DNA of 63,779 nucleotides, counting the filler, from Octopus bimaculoides (taxonomy: Eukaryota), in assembly GCF_001194135.2 (NCBI RefSeq). It is 7 parts of 7 records of this genome, joined end to end, with 100 filler letters (N's around TTAATTAATTAA, not from the genome) between each part and the next. Parts side by side here need not be neighbours in the genome. Positions count along the whole stretch, not along the records: positions 23,153 to 33,157 come from NC_068994.1; positions 33,258 to 45,978 come from NC_068983.1; 5 more parts are not named here. One strand, 5' to 3'. Under the pieces are notes generated by a model. It worked only from the letters and a program-made list of their open reading frames with translations. It ran no database searches and was not told the origin of the DNA. Of the stretch, positions 24,626-37,035 are shown piece after piece (positions within the stretch are counted from its first letter, which is position 1; each line of letters begins with the position of its first letter). A program made the translations under genes and the position numbers.

Positions 24626-24822
24626 CATACACATATATATATACATACACATACATATATACATACATACATGCATACATACATACATGCATGCATACAT
24701 ACATACATACATACATACATACATACCTACATACATACATACATACATACATGCATACATACATACATACATACGAAAGAGTACTGGTGCTTTGTCTTTT
24801 CGAACAGTCAAAAGAATATGAG

Positions 24823-24902
<80 letters not shown>
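24626..24902. repeat. (CATA)n, (TA)n and (GA)n microsatellites
   Basis: Directly visible. Confidence 0.9.
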
Positions 24903-24905
<3 letters not shown>

Positions 24906-25684
24906 AAGATGGCTGGAGAGAAATTAATCATACACACATACAAAAAATAATAATAATAATAAAAGGGTGAAAAATCATTTTGAACAATTGAGGTGAACCG
25001 CAGGCAGGACCCGTCCCTTCCCTAACACACACGCATACACTTCAACAGAGCATTTATTCATTTTGATTTATTTGTGTAAGGTGTGTATGCAGAAATTGAA
25101 ACCAGATGACTTTTGGGACAGAGTTAAACGTCGGCGTAAGTGCAATATAATGTACAATAATATGATAAAACCACACAATACACACACACACATGTTTACA
25201 TACACACATGCACATACATACAAAAGAAATGACTGAAAAACGCAGAATTTCGGAGGCATTTCTTATCGATATTTTCTTCACCATTAACCAATTTGTTCGC
25301 TGGCTGCTTTAATTGTTCCCATACAACTGTACAAACAGACGATAATCAATCGACAAACGAAATAACCATTTACGGTTAGCTCCCCTTATGTTCTCTCTCT
25401 AGTGTTTTATTCTTCCTTCAAACTTTTTCCGTATTTGTTTCAATTTAGCGACCTTTATTTTCCGGTTTTTTCTTACGCAGTTATTGCTGTTGTTTGTTTG
25501 CCTCTCGAAACAAATCCTCTACTCTTTTTATGTTTACATCTCATTATTTGCTTTTTCCATCGATGTCAATAGCCTTTTCATCGATTTCTTTTATGAATAT
25601 ATTTCTCATTAGCCCCCATCACCACCCGCCACACTTCTTGCTTCTATCCATTCATACATCCAGCCTTTCACCTAACCTTTCTTC

Positions 25685-25723
<39 letters not shown>

Positions 25724-25839
25724 TCAGTTTTCTCTGTCATGTGTTTTATTTTCCTTCTTCTTTTGTGTTTGCAGTGATGGTTTTTAGTGACTGCTTTCTT
25801 TACTTCCATACACTCTATCGATTAATTTAACCCTGCTTT

Positions 25840-25840
<1 letters not shown>

Positions 25841-25888
<48 letters not shown>

Positions 25889-25908
25889 ACAACAACAACA
25901 ACAGCAAC
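25841..25908. repeat. (CAT)n(CAA)n microsatellite
   Basis: Directly visible. Confidence 0.9.
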
Positions 25909-26791
25909 ATTATTATCCAATTATTATTGTTATTTCCCTCGTAATTTCTACTTGTTTTGGCGAATGGGAAGGACCAGTATATTATTCATTGTTCTCAAAT
26001 ACAAGACGACCAGGTGACTAACTAGTGGTCTGAATGCATACGAGGCGTCTATCTCTGAGGCTGTTAAAGATGTTGTGAGTTCTAATCCCTTGAAATTGTA
26101 CCATTCTGTCTGTACTTTGGAGAAAGTAATGAAGTTGTTGAAATTTCTCATCCTAGAGAATTATTTCGCCGTTAAGTTGGTACCAGAACAAATGAAAGAA
26201 AAAAAAACAAGTGAATATAACGGAATGAGAGTCAGAACAACGAGATGGTGGAACATCTAAAGTACAGAACTGATTGGAAACCAACGAAGAATATTATAGT
26301 CTACAGTACTAAAATCGAATTAATTCTTTGCCAGTCAAAAGGGTTTTCATACGTTTATCCTAAACGTCCATGTTTGTTTACAGGCTTTTAGTTAGCTCTT
26401 GTTTCATAGCGTTCTGAGTAATAAAAAGCTTTTCTTTCATAAGTCCCAAGTTTCTTTGGTGGTTGTAAAACAAAACAGACAAAAACAATGGGAATATATA
26501 TTGTTTATGATAATGGACGCCGAGGAAATGTGCCTTGTGTGTCACATGGGATACGCAGGACAGTCAAAAGTTTATTATGTTGTCCGTGTATTTTCTTATT
26601 GATAAACAAGGTGAAAAATTATATTTTATGTATTTCAAGCAAGAAATGGTTCTCGACTGAGGTGAAAATATCGCACCGAAGTTTTTCCTCTCGGAAGCGA
26701 AACTTGTAGTTAAAGAAAAATTTGGAGAAAATTTACAAATATCAATTCTTTGAAATGAATCCTAAGTAAAACATATAATTTTGGTGGTGCA

Positions 26792-26946
26792 AAGAAGAAG
26801 AAGAAGAAGAAGAAGAAGAAGAAGAAGAAGAAGAAGAAGAAGAAGAAGAAGAAGAAGAAGAAGAAGAAGAAGAAGAAGAAGAAGGAGGAGGAGGAGGAGG
26901 AGGAGGAGGAGAAGAAGAAAAAGAAGAAGAAGAAGAAGAAGAAGAA
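26792..26946. repeat. (GAA)n/(GGA)n microsatellite
   Basis: Directly visible. Confidence 0.95.
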
Positions 26947-27181
26947 NNNNNNNNNNNNNNNNNNNNNNNNNNNNNNNNNNNNNNNNNNNNNNNNNNNNNN
27001 NNNNNNNNNNNCGGTTTTCGTTCCGGCTCTCTGCACATTGAGTTCAAATCCTGCCGGGATCGCCTTTACCAGGGGTCCCCAACGACCGAGCTGCAGAGAA
27101 GGAAAAGATTTTAAAATTACTTTACCGTTTTATTGGTTATCACAGTCTGCAAGGTTGCTTTTGCAGTATATATGTATTATA

Positions 27182-27398
27182 TTGGTTTCAAATTTTGGCA
27201 TAAGGCCTGAAATTTCAAGGGAGCAGGTAAGTCGATTACATCGACCCCAGTGCTCTACTGGTACTTATTTTATCGATCTCGAAAGGATGAAAAGCAAAGT
27301 CGACCTCGGTGGCATTTGAACTCAGAACATAAAGACAGACGAAATGCCGTTCAGCAACTTGCTCAGCGTACTAACATCTCTGCTAGTTCGCCACCTTA
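27182..27398 (-). mobile_element. SINE family A, near full-length copy
   Basis: Reverse complement of head, B box, core and tail. Confidence 0.85.
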
Positions 27399-28183
27399 TA
27401 TATGTATTATGCACAATATCATGATTTCTTCTGCACATGATCTCTTGGTCCATGGAATAATTGTCCTGCGCAAAAAAATGGTAGAGGACCGCTGGCTTTT
27501 ACCATTCATCTTTGAGGGATCGATAATTAAACACCAGCTCGATACGGGGTTCAATATATTTTCTCTTTGGATTGTACTCGCAATACTAAAACTTAACCTT
27601 GTCACATTATGTCATACTGATTCGGTCCGAGGATTGCATTTTTGGGTCTGCTGTGTAAGTCTTTATAGGGGGCCGGTGGGTGGAAAAACTCAAAGTAAAC
27701 CATGGGCGGCTCACACTCTACGTCTCAGTAAGGGATCACGATTGGGTTGTAGGTCTTATTCAATCAGGACTGACCTGGGGTCAAACAACAACAACAACAG
27801 CAGCAGCAACAACAACAAAAACAACAGCAACAATTATAACAGCGGCAGGGCAGCAATATTGTTTTTCAGGATTCTAATAGGTGCAGCGTGTAACGCGAAC
27901 ACCAGTCAGCAGTAACAGCAGTGGGCGCGGCAGCAGCAACAACAGCGGTGCGAATGTATAAAATAATTAATTGGACAACAACTGTTCCCTCGAGAACACA
28001 ATCGTTTATTTAACTTCCCATTATACAGGCAACTGTCGATCGTCAGCAAACGTTTATTTAACTGCCAATTGTGTCGAAATACAGCGGATAAATGGCAGGA
28101 CATTTCCTTCGTAAATAATGACCAGTCGTTGAATTGTTTGACTGTATGTTGCGGTGTGTATATATATGTACATGCGTTTATAT

Positions 28184-28220
<37 letters not shown>

Positions 28221-29110
28221 NNNNNNNNNNNNNNNNNNNNNNNNNNNNNNNNNNNNNNNNNNNNNNNNNNNNNNNNNNNNNNNNNNNNNNNNNNNNNNNN
28301 NNNNNNNNNNNNNNNNNNNNNNNNNNNNNNNNNNNNNNNNNNNNNNNNNNNNNNNNNNNNNNNNNNNNNNNNNNNNNNNNNNNNNNNNNNNNNNNNNNNN
28401 NNNNNNNNNNNNNNNNNNNNNNNNNNNNNNNNNNNNNNNNNNNNNNNNNNNNNNNNNNNNNNNNNNNNNNNNNNNNNNNNNNNNNNNNNNNNNNNNNNNN
28501 NNNNNNNNNNNNNNNNNNNNNNNNNNNNNNNNNNNNNNNNNNNNNNNNNNNNNNNNNNNNNNNNNNNNNNNNNNNNNNNNNNNNNNNNNNNNNNNNNNNN
28601 NNNNNNNCGGGGGGTCGGTGGGGATCGGGGGGAAACAATTAAGTAAGGAGAAGGAAATAAAAAAAGGCGGAATGAAAAAAGAAACAGAATAGAATTGTTC
28701 AATAACATCCTCTCTCTCTCCCCTTTTCTCTTACATATGCGCACGCGTGCGTATACACACGCACACACACGTATAATATATACACACACACACCCATAAA
28801 TATACATATACGTACATATACATACATGCATACACACACACACACATATATATACACTCACGCGCTCACACACGCATATATGCTTGTATAAATATATATC
28901 TATACATACATATATTTACATGCACTTAACATACCTACACACACAACGCACACCTATATGCATGTATATACATATATACATGTGTGTGTGCATATATATA
29001 TATATATATATACGTACATACATACATGCATACATATGTATACACACACATAGGTAGACAGACAGACAGACAGACAGATAGATAGATAGATAGATTTTTC
29101 TTTTGTTTTA

Positions 29111-29534
29111 CCTTTTACTTGTTTCAATCATTGGACTGCGACCATATTGGGACATCGCCTTGAAGTATTTAGCCAAACAAATCGACTCCAGTATTAAAAA
29201 TTTTTTTAACACAAACTTATTCTGTCGGTTCCTTTTGACGAACCACTAAATTACGGAGACGTAAGCAAACAAACACCGGTTGTTAAGTTGTGGGAAAAGA
29301 CACTCGCGCGCGCGCGCGCAACACACACACACACTCACACACGCACGCACGCACGCGCACGCACGCACAAACACACAAACAATGGGTTTCCACACAGTTT
29401 TTGTTTACGAAATCCACACTGGTTGACCCAAGCGCTATAGTATAAGACACCCGTTCTAAGTGCCGCACAGTGAGATCAGACCCGAAACCACTGGACTCCA
29501 AAGCGAGCTTCTTCAAGTGACAGCCATTCCTGTG
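29111..29534 (-). mobile_element. SINE family B, near full-length copy with internal microsatellite
   Basis: Both the head portion (aagacac, ctatagt, aaatccac on +) and the tail portion (cttttacttgtttcaatcattggactgcgacc) are present, colinear with 36670-37035. Confidence 0.8.
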
Positions 29535-29895
29535 ACTCAAAGTAGCTTTTGTTTTGTTTTTTGTTGGTTTTTTTTCCGCTACAGCCACGAGTCAACCCAT
29601 CTATTTATAAGTGAACTTAAGTAGACAAGAACTATATAGAAATAAGCTTATCAGATGCGTTGTTCCAATTCTTCAATAGTTCAACCTTGCTAGGTAGTGT
29701 GTCACACTGAATCTATCCGACGGTTACAATAGTAGTACATGCGATCAACGGAACAGCCTGCTCGTGAAGTTAATACTCTTTATGGCGAGAGACCCAGGGT
29801 AACCCTATAAACAGGCCTTCACCAGTAATAAATATAGACTGCTCTACTTCTTAGAGTGTGCTTCTTCTCCGTTTTTATATTTTCCTAAAAAAAAA

Positions 29896-29936
<41 letters not shown>

Positions 29937-30455
29937 NNNNNNNNNNNNNNNNNNNNNNNNNNNNNNNNNNNNNNNNNNNNNNNNNNNNNNNNNNNNNNNN
30001 NNNNNNNNNNNNNNNNNNNNNNNNNNNNNNNNNNNNNNNNNNNNNNNNNNNNNNNNNNNNNNNNNNNNNNNNNNNNNNNNNNNNNNNNNNNNNNNNNNNN
30101 NNNNNNNNNNNNNNNNNNNNNNNNNNNNNNNNNNNNNNNNNNNNNNNNNNNNNNNNNNNNNNNNNNNNNNNNNNNNNNNNNNNNNNNNNNNNNNNNNNNN
30201 NNNNNNNNNNNNNNNNNNNNNNNNNNNNNNNNNNNNNNNNNNNNNNNNNNNNNNNNNNNNNNNNNNNNNNNNNNNNNNNNNNNNNNNNNNNNNNNNNNNN
30301 NNNNNNNNNNNNNNNNNNNNNNNNNNNNNNNNNNNNNNNNNNNNNNNNNNNNNNNNNNNNNNNNNNNNNNNNNNNNNNNNNNNNNNNNNNNNNNNNNNNN
30401 NNNNNNNNNNNNNNNNNNNNNNNNNNNNNNNNNNNNNNATATATATATATATATA

Positions 30456-30890
30456 TACGAGGGAGAGTCTTGCTTTTCCAATGTATTTAAACAAAAGCAA
30501 GTGCGTCATTTTTCTGTATAGTCTCCTTCCTTTTTGATGGACTTGGTCCAGCAGTCCACAACCTTGCATATTCCCTCCATGAAGAAGGGTTTTCGGTTGG
30601 TCGTGCATCTATTTATGCACCGCTTCCTTCACATTTTCATCCTTAGGAAATCGACGACCTCTTAAACCATCTTTGAGCAGTCCAAAGATACGATAGTCGG
30701 AAGGAGCGAGATCTGGGCTGTAACTAGGGTGTTCAAGCGCCTCAAAATCCAATTGGTTAATGGCTTCAATGGTCTGGACAGCCGTGTGTGGGCGTGCATT
30801 GTCATGCAGCAACAAAACTTTATTCGACTGTAGGCTTCGGTGTTTGGTACGAATTGCTGGCCTCAGTTTGTTGACCAGCAAAGCACCGTC
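30456..30890 (-). mobile_element. Mariner transposase C-terminal (catalytic) fragment with 3' TIR, in a (TA)n tract
   Basis: LLLHDNARPHTA..LEHPSYSPDLAPSDYRIFGLLKDGLRGRRF (HDNARPH and YSPDLAPSD mariner motifs); the end reads TA|CGAGGGAGAG on +. Confidence 0.95.
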
Positions 30891-30944
30891 CCTTCCACCG
30901 TTGATCGTACACCCATTTTACAGGGAAATTGTTCTTTCCAGTTC

Positions 30945-31150
30945 TTGGCACCAGGCCAGACATTATGAGGTGATGGAAAACTCGATTACATCGACCCCAG
31001 TATTCAACTGGTACTTAGTTTATCGACCTCGAAAGGATGAAAGGCAAAGTCTACTTCGGCGACATTTGAACTCAGAATGTAAAAGCAGAAGAAATGCTGC
31101 TGAGCATTTTGTCAGCCATACTAACGATTCAGCCAGAAGACCGCCGCCTT
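30945..31150 (-). mobile_element. SINE family A copy
   Basis: Core ttatcgacctcgaaaggatgaaaggcaaagtc and B box atttgaactcag on +. Confidence 0.85.
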
Positions 31151-31235
31151 CTCATGCTCAGTAATAATATAATGAGGGTGAGTATGAATACGGTGGCGGT
31201 TGTGGTGGAGATTGTGGTTGTGGTGTTGTTGTTGT

Positions 31236-31570
31236 TGGCACTCCGTCGCTTACGACGTCAAGGGTTCTAGTTGATCCGATCAACGGAACAGCCTGCTCGT
31301 GAAATTAACGTGCTAGTGGCTGAGCATTCCACAGACACGTGTACCCTTAACGTAGTTCTCGGGGGATATTCAGCGTGACACAATGTGACAAGGCTGACCC
31401 TTTGAATTACAGGCACAACAGAAACAGGAAGAAAGAGTGAGAGAAAGTTGTGGTGGAAGAGTACAGCAGGGTTCGCCACCATCCCCTGCCGGAGCCTCGT
31501 GGGGCTTTTTTTTTAGGTGTTTTCGCTCAATAAACACTTCACAACGCCCGGTCTGGGAATCGAAACCACG
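31236..31570 (-). mobile_element. tRNA-derived SINE family E, 5' end lost in gap, (CAA)n tail
   Basis: Minus strand: B box ggtttcgattccc, body, 3' hairpin gttgatc-g-gatcaac, then a caa repeat tail. The tail segment recurs at about 29744-29773. Confidence 0.8.
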
Positions 31571-32134
31571 NNNNNNNNNNNNNNNNNNNNNNNNNNNNNN
31601 NNNNNNNNNNNNNNNNNNNNNNNNNNNNNNNNNNNNNNNNNNNNNNNNNNNNNNNNNNNNNNNNNNNNNNNNNNNNNNNNNNNNNNNNNNNNNNNNNNNN
31701 NNNNNNNNNNNNNNNNNNNNNNNNNNNNNNNNNNNNNNNNNNNNNNNNNNNNNNNNNNNNNNNNNNNNNNNNNNNNNNNNNNNNNNNNNNNNNNNNNNNN
31801 NNNNNNNNNNNNNNNNNNNNNNNNNNNNNNNNNNNNNNNNNNNNNNNNNNNNNNNNNNNNNNNNNNNNNNNNNNNNNNNNNNNNNNNNNNNNNNNNNNNN
31901 NNNNNNNNNNNNNNNNNNNNNNNNNNNNNNNNNNNNNNNNNNNNNNNNNNNNNNNNNNNNNNNNNNNNNNNNNNNNNNNNNNNNNNNNNNNNNNNNNNNN
32001 NNNNNNNNNNNNNNNNNNNNNNNNNNNNNNNNNNNNNNNNNNNNNNNNNNNNNNNNNNNNNNNNNNNNNNNNNNNNNNNNNNNNNNNNNNNNNNNNNNNN
32101 NNNNNNNNNNNNNNNNNNNNNNNNNNNNNNNNNN

Positions 32135-32220
32135 GAAGGAAGGAAGGAAGGAAGGAAGGAAGGGAGGAAGGAAGGAAGGAAGGAAGGAAGGAAGGAAGGG
32201 AGGAAGGAAGGAAGGGAGGG
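32135..32220. repeat. (GGAA)n microsatellite
   Basis: Directly visible. Confidence 0.9.
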
Positions 32221-32578
32221 AGTGTGGGGCGTTGGGAAGAGTCGTTAATAGGAAATAATTAAGACGATCGAACGTTGTAGCGAAGACAATCATTGTTTGT
32301 ATTATCTTCGTCTCCAATTACCGAACAGGATGAACGGATGAGAAATACTGAGATAACTAAGAATATATGGGGGTCTGGTGGTAGTGGCGGTGGGGTAGTG
32401 TGTTTGTATGTATGCATGTATGTATGTACGTACGTGTGTGTTTGTGCATGTGTGCGTGTGTGTGTACGTACGTATATATGTACGTATGTACATATATACG
32501 TATGCATGCATGTATGTATGTATGCATGTATGTATGTATGTATGTATATTATGTATATATGAAAATATGTATATACTC

Positions 32579-32651
32579 TTTTACTCTCTTTTACTTGTTT
32601 CAGTCATGCGGCCATGCTGGAGCACCGCCTTTAGTCGAGCAAATCGACCCC
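32579..32651 (-). mobile_element. SINE family B, 3' end fragment
   Basis: cttttacttgtttcagtcatgcggccatgctggagcaccgcctttagtcgagcaaatcgaccc; an inverted partial copy lies at about 33028-33073. Confidence 0.75.
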
Positions 32652-32662
32652 ANNNNNNNNNN

Positions 32663-32693
<31 letters not shown>

Positions 32694-33111
32694 CAGAATC
32701 AACGTATCACAGTAAGTAACAAGACTGTGTGTTTGGATTATGAAGTATGGTACGAATCACGCGACAGGCTTCTATCTGGTGTAATACAGTAAAAAAGAAG
32801 AAATAAGAAAGATGTATGAATGCATGTACCTATAAATAAATAAATAAATAATATATATACATATATATATGTATGTATGTATGTAGGCATGTATGTAAGT
32901 CCTTTTCCTTAATGGCATGACCATTTTGGACAATACTTGATTCTTCTGATTGTCCTCACTTCTGAAGTGAAGCTGAACTTATTTGCCATTTGGTAATTTT
33001 GGCACATCGTCTACGGGTGGAGATAATTTTGCTCCAGCATGGCCACAGTCAAATGACTGAAACAAGTAAAAGAACTCATACACTTTCTTTCTCTTTCTTT
33101 CTCTGTCTCTG

Positions 33112-33157
<46 letters not shown>

Positions 33158-33257
33158 NNNNNNNNNNNNNNNNNNNNNNNNNNNNNNNNNNNNNNNNNNN
33201 NTTAATTAATTAANNNNNNNNNNNNNNNNNNNNNNNNNNNNNNNNNNNNNNNNNNNN

Positions 33258-33560
33258 ATAACTCGAATGTGGAGTCTAAAAACAGAAACAATTCCTATCA
33301 TAGTAGGTGCCTTAGGTATAATAAAAAAATACTCAGACAAATACATAACAAAAATACCAGGACTTACAAATATATGTAACATACAGAAAATTGCACTACT
33401 GGGTACTGCACACATTCTACGCAAAACACTTTCAATACAGTAAACATAAAAGCACCACAGCACATACCCAAGGCGCACAGAGCTGCGCTCGGTAGTGAAG
33501 TGAAAGCACGTTATAAAAATAAAACTACTGAACAATAATAATAATAATAATAATAATAAT
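33258..33560 (+). mobile_element. R4/Dong-like LINE 3' end (copy 1) with (ATA)n tail
   Basis: TRMWSLKTETIPIIVGALGIIKKYSDKYITKIPGLTNICNIQKIALLGTAHILRKTLSIQ*, then a short 3' UTR and (ATA)n. Confidence 0.9.
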
Positions 33561-33902
33561 ACAGATGACGCTGTTTCTCTAAAAGAAAAGGAGCAACTTT
33601 CAAAATACAAAGATCAGGAAATAGTGTTAACTCGAATGTGGAGTCTAACAACAGAAACAATTCTTAGGCGTATTAGGTGTGATCTAAAACCAGTCAGACA
33701 AATAAATAACAAAATACACCAGGACTAACAAATATATATAATATACAGGAAATAGCACAACTAGGCACCGTACATATCCAACGTAAAACACTTTCAATAC
33801 TGTGAAAATAAGAGCATCACAACAAACCACAGCACATACTGAAGGCACACAGAGCTGCACTTGGTAGTGCAGTGAAAGCACTTTATAAAAATAAGATTAC
33901 TG
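33561..33902 (+). mobile_element. R4/Dong-like LINE 3' end (copy 2)
   Basis: DDAVSLKEKEQLSKYKDQEIVLTRMWSL (E..K..KY-like RLE motif) and a diverged copy of the same C-terminus and 3' UTR. Confidence 0.85.
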
Positions 33903-34049
33903 ATAATAGTAATAATGATGATGATAATAATAATAATAATAATATTAATAATAATAATAATGATAATAATAATAGTAGTAGTATTAAGAATAATAATAAT
34001 AATGATAATAATAGTAAATTGTAGGGACAAAGTTGCCAAAGGGAGAAAG

Positions 34050-34190
34050 AATGGACAATACCTTACGCAAAAAAAGAAAGACAAGGTCATCACTGCACAT
34101 TTCAAGCGCCTCAAACTTCTCTTGAAATCGAAGCTCAACTCAAGGAACCTTGTGACTACCGTCAACATATGTGTTGTTGCTCTAGTCAGT
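34050..34190 (+). mobile_element. R4/Dong-like RT fragment
   Basis: KDKVITAHFKRLKLLLKSKLNSRNLVTTVNICVVALV, homologous to 14100-14222. Confidence 0.8.
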
Positions 34191-35564
34191 AACACACACA
34201 CACACACGCATACACACACGAGCGCGCGCATACATGCACAAACTCACACACATGTGCGCATACACATACACTCACACATGTGCACACACACACACACACA
34301 TATGAAATTAAATACTGAACATCTTTGTTTTCAAAATATTATCCTCCTCATAACATATATATAGAGAGATGGTTTGTGAATTGAAACATAAGTGAGACAT
34401 AATAACCAATTAGAAAAGAACAGGTTATCTGCTAGTGCCACAATTGTTTCATTGCGGGTCTTTTTATGACGTAAACATAGTACAGTCAGGTGTGCAGTGT
34501 ACACAGTAAACGCGAAGTTATATAATATGTGACGTGACTCTCAGCTCATCAGGTTTACCAAATATACAAGCAAGATTAATCAACAGAGCATCAACACGTG
34601 AAATGTCTCATCAGAATAACCGAAATCTATGAAGTGTACTGTGGGTGGGACTCCATTCTGTCAATGACAGAAACGAATAGCAGAATGAGTTTGCAAAGTA
34701 AAGAATAGTTAAAAGGCGTTTCCAATCTAAAGATATCATTAAACTTAGCAACCTCGCTCATAAAGGCTGGTATCTGCAAAACATGCTTGTATATTGGCAT
34801 ATACCAGGTGCAACGCTTGATGTTTGGCCCTATCAAAAAGTATTATAAGACAGTTGATTTTACTGTTCTAAAGCGGCCATTTACTGTGTTATATTGTTTA
34901 GTACATTAAGGAGTGATATGGTTAGTAAATTCCAGTGGTATTTACTTACTTAATTACTCTCGACTAAAGTGCTTGACTTAATTACTGTTTAATTACTACT
35001 TTAATTGAGATTCAGCTAATAATAACTTAAGAAAAGTTGCACGGTATGGCGAATGTCTATAAAACGTCTGAGAGAGGGAGCGAAAAGTTTAAGAATGAAT
35101 TAGTATATAGAGATATAAATTATTTCCTTACTATCATAGCTAAAATTAGCATCAACTTATTTAATACTACTGCATTCGTTTCAAAGGCATATTTGTACAA
35201 AAGAAAAGAAATTGTATGAGAATAATAAGCCTAGTAGCGAAAGTGAGTGAGAAACCTTAAATGTTTTTTTCGGAAAATGATTACGAATTTGATTCAATTT
35301 GAAATAAGTTGTTAAAATTTAACAACTAAAAGATAAAATTAAGACGTACGGAAGAAGCCATATTTGCAATACACACACACACACACACACATCTATATTT
35401 ATACACAGTTAAATGGTAATGTTGATATATAAACCTATATATACAAACAAAAACCTTTAGAAAGCACTCATGTACATATATAAATGCACCCTTCAACAGT
35501 TTTATGCAGCTAATGTACAAATGTATATGCATACATACTCACACACAATCCCGCGCACACACAG

Positions 35565-35621
<57 letters not shown>

Positions 35622-35623
<2 letters not shown>

Positions 35624-35781
35624 CGTGGATGTGTCGTAGGAAACTTGCTTCCCAACCACATGGCTCCGGTTGCAGTCCCACTGCGTGGTACTTTGGCCAA
35701 GTGTCTTCTACTATAGCTGCGGGTCGCCCAAATCCTTGCAAGCGGATTTGGTAGACAGAAACTGAACGAAGTCGGTCGTAT
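35622..35781 (+). mobile_element. SINE family B, 5' part
   Basis: cttgcttcccaaccacatggctccggttgcagtcccactgcgtgg...gtgtcttctactatagc...ggatttggtagacagaaactgaa. Confidence 0.85.
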
Positions 35782-35793
35782 ATATATGCGCAC

Positions 35794-35858
<65 letters not shown>

Positions 35859-36669
35859 TATATATATTTACACCTGTCAAGCTGTCATTCTGATAGTGTC
35901 GTAGAGCTGGCTTCGAGATATATGGTGCGTCTCAGGCATTGTCATATTTCACAGTGCCCGTGTCATTGCAAGTTCATGCAGAACAAAATTCTTCCAGCCT
36001 TAGCTCTTAAGTGGCAATTTGATTATCAACCCAATACTTAAGGAAAACTGAGCTGGCCTTGGTTGGATTTGAACTCAGAACGCAGAGTGCCCGAACAATC
36101 GCTGCAAAGCTCTGCTAAGTCTGTCTGTCGGTATTGCTAAATTCGTATATTTGCCTCTTTATGCAGCAAGTAACTACATGCTAAAACAAAACTAGACATT
36201 ACTGATATAACAAAACAGTGATTGAAGAATCACTGTAGTAGAAATTAACTGGCACGTTGAATAAAAATCGTTATATGAGACAGACGCAATGTTGTTTCTA
36301 AATAGTAATTCGTATACCATACTCAAAGCATATACATCGTTCAAAACCTGTTAAACTGCATCATTGGTCTTAAGAAAGTAGTTTACCAGGCTTTGAAACA
36401 CGATACAGGCTTTGTCATTGACAGACAGATTGCCATTTTGAACTAATACTGTTTTTGCCGTTCATAATTTTGTTACGATTCTCTGCATTGTGAGACCATA
36501 TTCTACTGTGAATAACATTATTTTTTTTCTAATCATGTTAGATGAACTATAGCAGCGGGGAACGACTTAGCAAATATCAATAAATTTATGTTCGTGTGCC
36601 CTCATTAAAATGTTTTGTGTATCGTTACTGTTATCATTATCGAACCCGGTAATTTTTTTCTACTTTAAG

Positions 36670-37035
36670 TTTGGTACTTATTCAATCAATATCTTTTTGC
36701 CGAACCGCTAAGTTATGGGGACGTAAACACCAAAATCGTTTGTCACCCGGTGGTATGGTACAATCACAGACACAGACACATGCATAAGGGCGCACACATG
36801 CACGCACATACATGACTACGCACACAATCACAAACGCACGCACACACACACACACATATATATATATACATACATACACGATGGGTTTCATTCAATTTCT
36901 TCTATCAAATCACAAGGCTTTATACGATCTGCGACCATAGCAGAAGACACTTGCCCAAGGTGCCACGCAGTGTGACTGTATCCAGAGCCATGTGGTTGGA
37001 AAGCAAATTTCGTACCACATAGCCACACCTGCACC
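36670..37035 (-). mobile_element. SINE family B copy
   Basis: gaagacacttgcccaaggtgccacgcagtgtgactg..atgtggttgg and ttttgccgaaccgctaagttatggggacgtaaacacc on +. Confidence 0.85.

Noticed and set aside
23566-24943. Long ORFs spanning N gaps (also about 28054-28873, 29844-30608, 31370-32317, 57903-60233, 61914-63069)
   Set aside because: Artefacts of translating Ns and microsatellites.
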